From: a virus
IMG/VR virus record: IMGVR_UViG_3300025584_000013
Reading direction: 5' to 3' (one strand)
DNA: 30,276 nt
Position numbers and translations under genes: made by a program. Every line of letters starts with the position of its first letter. The stretch's first letter is position 1. The notes under the pieces are model-generated. The model saw nothing but the letters and a program-made list of their open reading frames with translations. It did not search any database and had not been told where the DNA came from. Shown piece after piece: positions 15,544 to 22,601 of this stretch.

Positions 15544-15614
15544 GGGGAATTAGTTCATCGGTAGAATGATTGGCTTACATCCAATAGAGAATGGTTCGAT
15601 TCCATTATTCCCTA
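15544..15614 (+). tRNA. trnV: tRNA-Val(TAC)
   Basis: GGGGAAT/ATTCCCT; loop CTTACAT; A73. Confidence 0.95.
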
Positions 15615-15622
15615 CACAAAAT

Positions 15623-15694
15623 GCTCTCATAGCTTATCAGGTAAAGCAACTGGTTTGTAACCAGAAGAGCGGGGTTCGATTCCTCGTGAGAGCT
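15623..15694 (+). tRNA. trnT: tRNA-Thr(TGT)
   Basis: GCTCTCA/TGAGAGC; loop TTTGTAA. Confidence 0.95.
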
Positions 15695-15704
15695 CAAACA
15701 ATAT

Positions 15705-15776
15705 ACTCTCGTGGTGAAACGGATATCATATTTGGCTACGAACCAAAAGTTGGGGGCTCGATTCCTCCCGAGAGTA
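15705..15776 (+). tRNA. trnR: tRNA-Arg(ACG)
   Basis: ACTCTCG/CGAGAGT; loop CTACGAA; T-loop CTCGATT. Confidence 0.92.
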
Positions 15777-15779
15777 CAG

Positions 15780-15859
15780 TATAAATAGAAACGGTAGAAG
15801 TCCGTTATAAAGACTTTGAGTTAATTCCTCAGACGAAAGATTGACGCTCTCTATTTATA
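15780..15859 (+). ncRNA. Candidate 80-nt structured RNA inside the tRNA array (not a tRNA)
   Basis: 10-bp outer stem TATAAATAGA/TCTATTTATA; inner AACGG/CCGTT and TTTGAG/CTCAGA hairpins; no T-loop motif. Confidence 0.5.
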
Positions 15860-15868
15860 TCATTTTTT

Positions 15869-15940
15869 ACTCCCGTAGTGTAAAGGAGAACACAGTAGTT
15901 TCCTAAACTACAAATGATGGCTCGATTCCATCCGGGAGTA
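15869..15940 (+). tRNA. trnR: tRNA-Arg(CCT)
   Basis: ACTCCCG/CGGGAGT; loop TTCCTAA. Confidence 0.92.
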
Positions 15941-15945
15941 CAATT

Positions 15946-16017
15946 GGACCCATAGGTTAACTGGTAAACCAGATGGCTTTTAACCATCTGTTCCCGATTC
16001 GAGTTCGGGTGGGTCCA
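15946..16017 (+). tRNA. trnK: tRNA-Lys(TTT)
   Basis: GGACCCA/TGGGTCC; loop CTTTTAA. Confidence 0.95.
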
Positions 16018-16018
16018 C

Positions 16019-16162
16019 ATGAGTATAAAATATGAACCGACCTTTGGTGAGTATGTAGTAATACGGATGAAGGAAGAAAATATATCTTGGAAAGATTTAG
16101 ATGAAGATACTATTGACTTTTTTCATACTCAATGGTTGATTGACAGAAAGAGGGTCCCGTAG
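16019..16162 (+). CDS. Hypothetical protein, 47 aa, ending inside tRNA-Leu (not in track)
   Basis: MSIKYEPTFGEYVV...DRKRVP*; stop TAG 16160-16162. Confidence 0.5.
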   Translation: MSIKYEPTFGEYVVIRMKEENISWKDLDEDTIDFFHTQWLIDRKRVP

Positions 16163-16227
16163 CCCAATTGGTAGAGGCAATAGACTTAAAATCTATACAG
16201 GTGTTGGTTCGATTCCAACTACCCGGT
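16153..16227 (+). pseudogene. tRNA-Leu(TAA) with non-complementary acceptor strands (chimeric or pseudo-tRNA)
   Basis: D, anticodon (CTTAAAA) and T arms are intact, but 5' GGTCCCG cannot pair with 3' TACCCGG. Confidence 0.8.
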
Positions 16228-16263
16228 CAATAGTTATATTATATCTGTAATAGATAACTAAAC

Positions 16264-16638
16264 ATGATATTTATTACGGATAGAATGGAGTTAGAAATGG
16301 AAATTCATGATAAAAGTTGGGGATATGAAAAGTGGATAGTAAATAAGAAAGAATACTGTGGGAAACTTCTATTCTTTAAAAAGGGAAAACATTGTTCCTT
16401 TCATTACCATAAAATAAAAGATGAGGTATTTTATTTACAGTCTGGTTCGATAATAGTTAGATATTCAAATGAAGATAACTTAGAAGAATCTAAAAAAATG
16501 ATTATGGAACCTGGTGATACATTTCACGTTTCTATTGGATTACGTCATCAAATGCTTGCAATAGAAGATAGTGAATTATTTGAATTTTCAACACAACACT
16601 TTGAAGATGATAGCTATAGGATAATTAAAGGTGATTAA
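16264..16638 (+). CDS. Cupin-fold protein (sugar-isomerase-like); start possibly at a later Met
   Basis: KSWGYE..., CSFHYHKIKDEVFYLQSG, RHQM: the two-His cupin motifs. Confidence 0.8.
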   Translation: MIFITDRMELEMEIHDKSWGYEKWIVNKKEYCGKLLFFKKGKHCSFHYHKIKDEVFYLQSGSIIVRYSNEDNLEESKKMIMEPGDTFHVSIGLRHQMLAIEDSELFEFSTQHFEDDSYRIIKGD

Positions 16639-17020
16639 AGTTTGGACTAATGGTTGCTTTGATGTTTTACATCGAGGACATATAGAGTTGTTTAAATATG
16701 CTAAATCACTTGGAGATATTCTTATAGTTGGTATAGATACTGATGCAAAGATTAGAACAGATAAGGGTAAAGGTAGACCAATACACACATTGGAAGATAG
16801 AATAGAAATGTTAAATTCTATAAAGTATATTGACGAAGTTTTACAGTTCAATACAACTAACGAATTACGAAATTTAGTTAGAGTTACATTACCAGATATA
16901 ATGGTAGTTGGTTCGGATTGGAAAAACGGTCAAGTGATTGGTAGAGAATTTACAAAGGAATTAAAATTTTTTGATAGGGTGGGTGATTATTCAACCACTA
17001 AAATAATGGAAGCGTGGTAG
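16631..17020 (+). CDS. Nucleotidyltransferase (RfaE domain II/TagD-like cytidylyl/adenylyltransferase)
   Basis: TNGCFDVLHRGH (HxGH), IVGIDTD, KGKGRPI and YSTTKI motifs. Confidence 0.9.
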   Translation: MIKVWTNGCFDVLHRGHIELFKYAKSLGDILIVGIDTDAKIRTDKGKGRPIHTLEDRIEMLNSIKYIDEVLQFNTTNELRNLVRVTLPDIMVVGSDWKNGQVIGREFTKELKFFDRVGDYSTTKIMEAW

Positions 17021-17094
17021 AGTGGTTGATTGTACATCCCCGCTAAGGATGCTTACCTTAATAGGTAACGGAGGTTCGAATCCAACATCTTCCG
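17008..17094 (+). pseudogene. tRNA-Ser(GCT) with mispaired T-stem and acceptor (chimeric or pseudo-tRNA)
   Basis: Long variable arm; T-stem GGAGG/CCAAC has 2 mismatches; acceptor GGAAGCG/ATCTTCC has 2 mismatches; C33. Confidence 0.8.
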
Positions 17095-17102
17095 CAATAT
17101 AT

Positions 17103-17188
17103 GGAGAGATCCACTGAATGGTCGGCAACTGGGTTTGAACCCCAGGGTGAATGAAAGTTTGGGGGTTCGATTCCTCATCTCTCCTCCA
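17103..17188 (+). tRNA. trnS: tRNA-Ser(TGA) with an 8/4 acceptor/T-stem configuration
   Basis: GGAGAGAT/ATCTCTCC 8 bp; GGGG/CCTC 4-bp T-stem; loop TTTGAAC; U73 plus encoded CCA. Confidence 0.75.
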
Positions 17189-17191
17189 ATT

Positions 17192-17267
17192 GCTCTCGTG
17201 GTGAAACAGGATATCACAAATCGTTTCTACCGATTTATTGAGGGTTCGAGTCCTTCCGAGAGTACCA
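17192..17267 (+). tRNA. trnR: tRNA-Arg(TCT)
   Basis: GCTCTCG/CGAGAGT; loop TTTCTAC; encoded CCA. Confidence 0.95.
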
Positions 17268-17354
17268 ATTATTACCACTTATTAGTGGTTATTAGTATGA
17301 TAAACTACATCTTTTTTAGGTTCGATTATACTTATTAGTATAGGAGAATATAAA

Positions 17355-18092
17355 ATGAAATGTGAATATTGTAATAAAGAACATAATGGGAGTTTTGCAA
17401 CTGGTAGATTTTGTAATAGGAGTTGTTCTAATGGATTTTCTACTAAAGCAAAACGAAAAGAAATAAATGAGAAAGTTAGTAAAACTTTAACACAACATAA
17501 ACAGATTGAAAGAAATTGTTTGGTATGTAATAAAAAGTTCATTACCACTGATTATAACGGTCCAACTCAAACACAACAAAAACTATGTTCAAGAGAATGT
17601 GGAAGCCAGTATTGGCCTGATAGTCGTAGGAAATCACAATCATTGGCTATGGTTAAACGAATATTAAATGGACATGCACCATCATTGAAGTCTATTAGAT
17701 GTGAATATTTATATAAAGATAAATTAATAAAGTGTGATTCTAAAGTAGAATATAGTTGTTTAGATTATTTTGAAAATGAATTTAATGTGATGGATATTGA
17801 TAGATGTAATTTTAGTTTACCATTTGAATTTGAGAATAGAGAACGGAGATATATTCCAGATTTTAAAATAAAAACTACTAATGGTGAAATTTATATTGTA
17901 GAATGTAAAACTATTATTTCCAACAATGACTTGCAGAGAAAATGGAAATATTATTACGATACTATAGATATTAAACGAGAAACTTTAATAAATTACTGTG
18001 ATAAGAATGGATACACACCATTTTTTTATAATAAAGAACTCAATAGAAAATTTTACGATAACTGCAATCCCACCGGTATACCCTCGGTCTGA
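17355..18092 (+). CDS. Putative homing-type endonuclease: Cys-rich N-terminal motifs plus a TnsA/PD-(D/E)XK-like C-terminal domain
   Basis: CEYC...FCNRSC and CLVC...CSREC; catalytic-like YIPDFKI...IVECK. Confidence 0.7.
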   Translation: MKCEYCNKEHNGSFATGRFCNRSCSNGFSTKAKRKEINEKVSKTLTQHKQIERNCLVCNKKFITTDYNGPTQTQQKLCSRECGSQYWPDSRRKSQSLAMVKRILNGHAPSLKSIRCEYLYKDKLIKCDSKVEYSCLDYFENEFNVMDIDRCNFSLPFEFENRERRYIPDFKIKTTNGEIYIVECKTIISNNDLQRKWKYYYDTIDIKRETLINYCDKNGYTPFFYNKELNRKFYDNCNPTGIPSV

Positions 18093-18146
18093 TAAACCGT
18101 TGAAAGGTTAATTGGTTACACGTTGGTTCGACTCCAACCCGGTGGA
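18070..18146 (+). ncRNA. D-armless tRNA-like RNA with an Ile-like (GAT) anticodon loop
   Basis: CCACCGG/CCGGTGG acceptor, A73, GTTGG-TTCGACT-CCAAC T-arm and CGGT-CTGATAA-ACCG arm; only 8 nt between the acceptor and anticodon arms. Confidence 0.65.
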
Positions 18147-18178
18147 CAAATATGTGGGAATGTAAAGTGTGCAGAAAT

Positions 18179-18203
18179 AGTGGTTCAATTCCACTTGGGG
18201 CTA
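18179..18203 (+). pseudogene. Orphan 3' tRNA fragment (T-arm plus acceptor 3' strand)
   Basis: AGTGG-TTCAATT-CCACT-TGGGGCT-A with no matching 5' half upstream. Confidence 0.6.
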
Positions 18204-18222
18204 CAATATAGGAGAATGTAAA

Positions 18223-18693
18223 ATGTGGAAACGATTTACAGGTGAACAAGTAACAGATATAGAAACAACACTACTTACTGATATAGCAAGTATTCAAGAT
18301 GAGCATAATTTATCTTTTTACATTGGTGGTGATAGCATGAAACGATGTGACACTACAACTTACACAGTAGTATTGGTAATGTTGATGGAAGGTAAAGGTG
18401 GTCGTGGTTATTATAAGAATATAAAAATTAAAGATGTTAATATATCTATGCAACAACGATTATTCAAAGAAACATATGAAGCAGTTGAAACTGCTCTGTT
18501 TATAAATCCTATATTAGAAAGTATTGGTTATAATATTAAAGAAATACATACAGATATAAATCCGAAATCGAAATATGCCAGTAGTGAAATGGTTAAGCAA
18601 GTAATTGGGTATTGTATGGGAATGGGATTTGAAGGTGTATTGAAACCAAATAGTTGGGCTGCTATGGAATGTGCTGATAAATTTTCAAAGTAA
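18223..18693 (+). CDS. RNase H-like YkuK (DUF458) family protein
   Basis: YIGGDS, GKGG, RLFKE..., EIHTDIN and KPNSWAA..CAD patterns. Confidence 0.85.
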   Translation: MWKRFTGEQVTDIETTLLTDIASIQDEHNLSFYIGGDSMKRCDTTTYTVVLVMLMEGKGGRGYYKNIKIKDVNISMQQRLFKETYEAVETALFINPILESIGYNIKEIHTDINPKSKYASSEMVKQVIGYCMGMGFEGVLKPNSWAAMECADKFSK

Positions 18694-18736
18694 TATCTCA
18701 TATATATTCTATTTATTATAGAAGTAAATAAAGGTT

Positions 18737-19612
18737 ATGACTAAACATTTTCCTTTAACCAACCAGGAGATATTCACTATGAGTAAATCTAAAGCAGTAA
18801 AAAAAGTTGTTACTACTACACAAGTTAAAGTAAATCAAGAATGTAAAAATAAACGACAAGTCCTGTCACAATTAAAACGGATTAAATGGGATATAGAGTT
18901 CCAAACTGAAAATCAAGAAATATTCTATAACACTATAGATAAGAATGATATTTCATTTTGTGCAGGTCCTGCTGGATGTGGTAAGACTTATATCGCAGTA
19001 TATTATGCATTACAACAACTTGCTACTTCTAAAAAATATGATGGAATTATTATTACAAAACCATTAGTAGAAGTTGAGGGTGAGAAGCTTGGATACTTAC
19101 CAGGTAACGTAGAAGAAAAGACAGAACCATTTATGATGTCTATCTACTACAATATGGAACAGATTATAGGTAGAGATAGATTGAAGATGTTAAGAGATAC
19201 GGGTGTGATTACAGTAGTTCCATTAGCTTATATGCGTGGACTTACTTTAACTAATAGAATGGTATTATTAGATGAAGCACAGAACTCAACTCCTTTACAG
19301 ATTAAAACATTTCTAACTCGCATTGGTAAAGGTAGTAAATTTATCATTAGTGGAGATTTACAACAATCAGATGTTAAACATAAAAATGGTAATGGGTTAG
19401 AAGATGCAATTAGAAGATTAACTGGGTTACCACATTTAGGATTTTCACAATTTACATTAGCAGACATAGTGAGACATCCGGTAGTTGCTGGAATATTAGA
19501 ACGATATAATAAAGAATATGATATTGCGGATTTACCTGCAGAAGCCACATTATCAGCTTGGTTAGAACATCCAAAATATGATTACTCACGAATAACAAAC
19601 AGATGGGGTTAA
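18737..19612 (+). CDS. phoH: PhoH-family ATPase
   Basis: GPAGCGKT, YMRGLT, LLDEAQN, SGDLQQSD and DIVRHP motifs; start may be Met 15. Confidence 0.95.
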   Translation: MTKHFPLTNQEIFTMSKSKAVKKVVTTTQVKVNQECKNKRQVLSQLKRIKWDIEFQTENQEIFYNTIDKNDISFCAGPAGCGKTYIAVYYALQQLATSKKYDGIIITKPLVEVEGEKLGYLPGNVEEKTEPFMMSIYYNMEQIIGRDRLKMLRDTGVITVVPLAYMRGLTLTNRMVLLDEAQNSTPLQIKTFLTRIGKGSKFIISGDLQQSDVKHKNGNGLEDAIRRLTGLPHLGFSQFTLADIVRHPVVAGILERYNKEYDIADLPAEATLSAWLEHPKYDYSRITNRWG

Positions 19613-19613
19613 A

Positions 19614-19838
19614 ATGATAGAAATACAAAAGAACCAGAAAGAAGTATTTAGAATAGAAGAAAAAGAATTTTCTGGATACAAATTTGTGGACATTAGGATT
19701 TGGTTTATGGCAGATGATGGTGAGTATAAACCATCTAAAAAGGGTATATCCCTTTCACCAGATAAAGTACATGAAGTAGTTGAGGCAATACTCCAAACAA
19801 TGGAAGATTCTAATTGGAAATCATTTGATACTAAATAA
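19614..19838 (+). CDS. PC4/YdbC-like ssDNA-binding protein
   Basis: FVDIRIWF...GEYKPSKKGISL signature. Confidence 0.85.
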   Translation: MIEIQKNQKEVFRIEEKEFSGYKFVDIRIWFMADDGEYKPSKKGISLSPDKVHEVVEAILQTMEDSNWKSFDTK

Positions 19839-19873
19839 TTGTATGTTTTCTAAAAAACTTTATATTTATTTTC

Positions 19874-20239
19874 ATGAACATTGATGCAAGAGATTTATTA
19901 GATAATGAAACTCCAGATATAAATCTGGATGATATCACTATGACCCCATCCGCTATAGGCAGATTAACTACACTTGGATATACAGATGTAGAATTTTCCG
20001 TTGAGGGTGGTGGTTGTAGTGGTATGAATTATACATTAAAATCTCTTGACAGAAAAATAATAAATAACGATAAAATATATCATTACGACGATATGAAATT
20101 AATAGTTCCATTCAGTAGTTTCGTATACTTAATAGGAACAGAAATAGATTTTAGTGATGATTTATTAAACGGAGGTTTTAAGTTTACCAATCCACAATCA
20201 AATAGAACTTGTGGGTGTGGTACATCTTTCTCCGTATAG
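19874..20239 (+). CDS. A-type Fe-S carrier (IscA/SufA/HesB family)
   Basis: VEGGGCSGMNY and C-terminal TCGCGTSF. Confidence 0.92.
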   Translation: MNIDARDLLDNETPDINLDDITMTPSAIGRLTTLGYTDVEFSVEGGGCSGMNYTLKSLDRKIINNDKIYHYDDMKLIVPFSSFVYLIGTEIDFSDDLLNGGFKFTNPQSNRTCGCGTSFSV

Positions 20240-20259
20240 AAAACACATAGGAGTATAAT

Positions 20260-20844
20260 ATGCCAGGAGAAAAGGGTCAGGGAATAAATCCATATTTAGG
20301 AAAACCCATACCAAAAGAAAAGATAGTTAGAGCTATACAAGAAAGTGAAAGTATGATTAAGGCTGCAGCATCACTTCACACTTCATACAATACGTTTAAG
20401 AAGTACGCTAAATTATATGATGTATTTAAACCACACCCAAATTCAAGGGGAATTTCCAGAGCACGTAAAGTAACCTGGAGTGGATTAAAACCATTAGACG
20501 TAGAATTGACTTTACAGAAAAAGTTAATTAGAAAATTCATATTACCACAGAGATGTAGTCAATGTGGGGAGTCGAGATTCCGAAAAACTGATATGCTTTC
20601 ACCACTTATATTACATTTCATTGATGGAGATATTCACAATAAAGTTCCAGATAATATGAGGTTCTTTTGTTATAACTGTTATTTCCTTGAGAAGGATCAT
20701 AATCACAAACGAGTAAATGTAAAAATTGGTAGAACATTTGAAGATCAAAACGGGATAGAACAAAATATACAAGATGATATAACCGGTGATGAATTAGCCA
20801 AGGAGTTGGGTGCATCACTTGCAGATTTATTTGGTAAAACTTAG
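20260..20844 (+). CDS. HNH-like protein with an N-terminal helical DNA-binding region
   Basis: CSQC...LILHFIDGDIHNKVPDNMRFFCYNC. Confidence 0.7.
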   Translation: MPGEKGQGINPYLGKPIPKEKIVRAIQESESMIKAAASLHTSYNTFKKYAKLYDVFKPHPNSRGISRARKVTWSGLKPLDVELTLQKKLIRKFILPQRCSQCGESRFRKTDMLSPLILHFIDGDIHNKVPDNMRFFCYNCYFLEKDHNHKRVNVKIGRTFEDQNGIEQNIQDDITGDELAKELGASLADLFGKT

Positions 20845-21185
20845 TGAATAAATTATTTGTAGCGTTATCATTTAGTGTAATAGGAAATCTAATTGCATGG
20901 TTTCACATGAATGCACAGTTCAGATGGGAATGGGCAAGAACTCATTGGTGGATTGCATTGGGTGGATTACCGGTAGGATATTTATTTTATTATTCAACTC
21001 GAATGTTTTATGAATATTTTGGAGAGTATTGGACTGTTAGACCAATTGGATTTGGAATTGCAACAATGACATTTACATTAATGACTGCATTAGTGTTACA
21101 TGAAGTTCCAAGTCAACGGATTATAGTATCCTTAATATTAGCCTGTGTTATATTATACATTAATTTATCGGTACATATAAAATGA
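20844..21185 (+). CDS. Four-TM membrane protein (SMR/DMT-like size)
   Basis: Four hydrophobic helices in 113 aa. Confidence 0.65.
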   Translation: MNKLFVALSFSVIGNLIAWFHMNAQFRWEWARTHWWIALGGLPVGYLFYYSTRMFYEYFGEYWTVRPIGFGIATMTFTLMTALVLHEVPSQRIIVSLILACVILYINLSVHIK

Positions 21186-21424
21186 CAAACAGCATATCAA
21201 AGAAATTAAAAGATGGTAAGTTAGAACCACGTTCAGACTTGCCTGAAGATTTGAAGATTGCAATAAAAACGTTCATTGCACAGGCAGCGATAGTTGAAGA
21301 ATATGAAGTTGATCACATACCTTCAGAGTATATCGTAAATCTAATTGATACATTTTCCAAATATCCAGAATATTCTTTGATCACATCTGAATTGATGGAA
21401 TCTCTATTAAAGGGTCAACGGTAA
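21182..21424 (+). CDS. Hypothetical protein
   Basis: Translationally coupled ORF. Confidence 0.75.
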   Translation: MTNSISKKLKDGKLEPRSDLPEDLKIAIKTFIAQAAIVEEYEVDHIPSEYIVNLIDTFSKYPEYSLITSELMESLLKGQR

Positions 21425-21714
21425 TGGCAACCAAAGAAATAAGAAAATTAATATTAGAAAGATTCCCACCTGGTGATTCATGGAAGGACCCAGAAGATCC
21501 ATCATCAGGAATATTCCCATCACTCACGGAGGGATTAGAATACGCCTTTCATAAATCAGATGGAACTATTAAAGAGTTTCACCTATCTTCATTTGAGGGA
21601 AAGATTTATTCCGTTGAGTATGAAGAAGAACCGGATACACCACCACCTAAACCACGATATTCTATGTATGGAGAAGAAACAGATATTCAACCTGATTTAT
21701 GGACGAATAAATGA
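21424..21714 (+). CDS. Hypothetical protein
   Basis: TAATG coupling. Confidence 0.75.
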   Translation: MATKEIRKLILERFPPGDSWKDPEDPSSGIFPSLTEGLEYAFHKSDGTIKEFHLSSFEGKIYSVEYEEEPDTPPPKPRYSMYGEETDIQPDLWTNK

Positions 21715-21938
21715 AAGACAATGTAGTATATAATGATCCAGATAATACAGTTATGGTGAGAACTAACGGTGAATACATTTATATTATATACCATAAAGAA
21801 GATCAAATGACCAATATAGTAACCAGATTTACTACGGATAGTTGTTATTTAGATGGTTATGAAGTTTGTGATGATATGAAATGGATACTCACATTTAAAG
21901 TTATAAATGACTTTGAAATAAAACCGGAGTTAAACTAA
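21711..21938 (+). CDS. Hypothetical protein
   Basis: ATGA coupling. Confidence 0.7.
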   Translation: MKDNVVYNDPDNTVMVRTNGEYIYIIYHKEDQMTNIVTRFTTDSCYLDGYEVCDDMKWILTFKVINDFEIKPELN

Positions 21939-22099
21939 TGAAAATATCAAAAGACTATCAATGATACTATAGATGAAAGACGGTTGGGTTAGTTATATAT
22001 TAACCCCTTCTCACTTTGTTTGGTAACTATTATCAAGAATACTCTTTTATAATAGATATAAAGAAATAAAAAAAATCATCAAGATAAGTGAAAAAAGAC

Positions 22100-22128
22100 T
22101 TGACTTTCTCATTATTAAGTTATAAGAT
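22100..22128 (+). promoter_or_regulatory. sigma70-like promoter (TAAGATCAA subclass)
   Basis: TTGACT-N17-TAAGAT. Confidence 0.8.
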
Positions 22129-22136
22129 CAACTATA

Positions 22137-22592
22137 ATGAGAAATAAACAATACATAGAAAAAAATAGAACCGAATTCAACCACAGAATAAAACAATTAA
22201 AACACATTTTAGATGATGTAAATTACTTACACCAAGATTCTACATATAGAGAATTCATTGGTAGTATGTATCACGCAATAAATACTGGTAGAAAAATCAC
22301 ATCATTAATGGAATCATCAATTACTAAAATAGTTAAGTCATATAAAACATGGCTCAATACAATAAACGACACATCCTATTTAGAAAATAAAACAATATTA
22401 TTAAATAAGATTACTATGGTTCGTACCATGTTAGAACGAGCACCATATACAAGTAATTTCAAATATGAAAAAGAAATATTCATAGATTCACTTTACAACC
22501 AAGCTCGTAATAGAGGTTCATTATCACCCAAACAAAAATCAGCATTAAACAAAATGTATAAACAATATAAAAAGAAAGTTGAAAATATTTGA
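22137..22592 (+). CDS. Hypothetical basic helical protein
   Basis: 151-aa ORF starting 9 nt after the -10 box; no SD. Confidence 0.75.
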   Translation: MRNKQYIEKNRTEFNHRIKQLKHILDDVNYLHQDSTYREFIGSMYHAINTGRKITSLMESSITKIVKSYKTWLNTINDTSYLENKTILLNKITMVRTMLERAPYTSNFKYEKEIFIDSLYNQARNRGSLSPKQKSALNKMYKQYKKKVENI

Positions 22593-22601
22593 AGAAAGTA
22601 C

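Noticed and set aside
15780-15787. T4-type late promoter TATAAATA
   Set aside because: It is an isolated match that forms one strand of an RNA stem and is not positioned before a gene.
14214-18203. tRNA-associated theta/HDV-like or hammerhead ribozymes after the tRNAs
   Set aside because: I could not build the nested double pseudoknot or find a CUGANGA/GAAA core by eye; spacers between most tRNAs are only 5-10 nt.
15566-18249. Track ORFs 15566-15784(+), 15829-16020(-), 16991-17278(-), 17135-17338(+) and 18040-18249(-)
   Set aside because: They overlap well-formed tRNA genes, lack SDs and are by-products of tRNA sequence.
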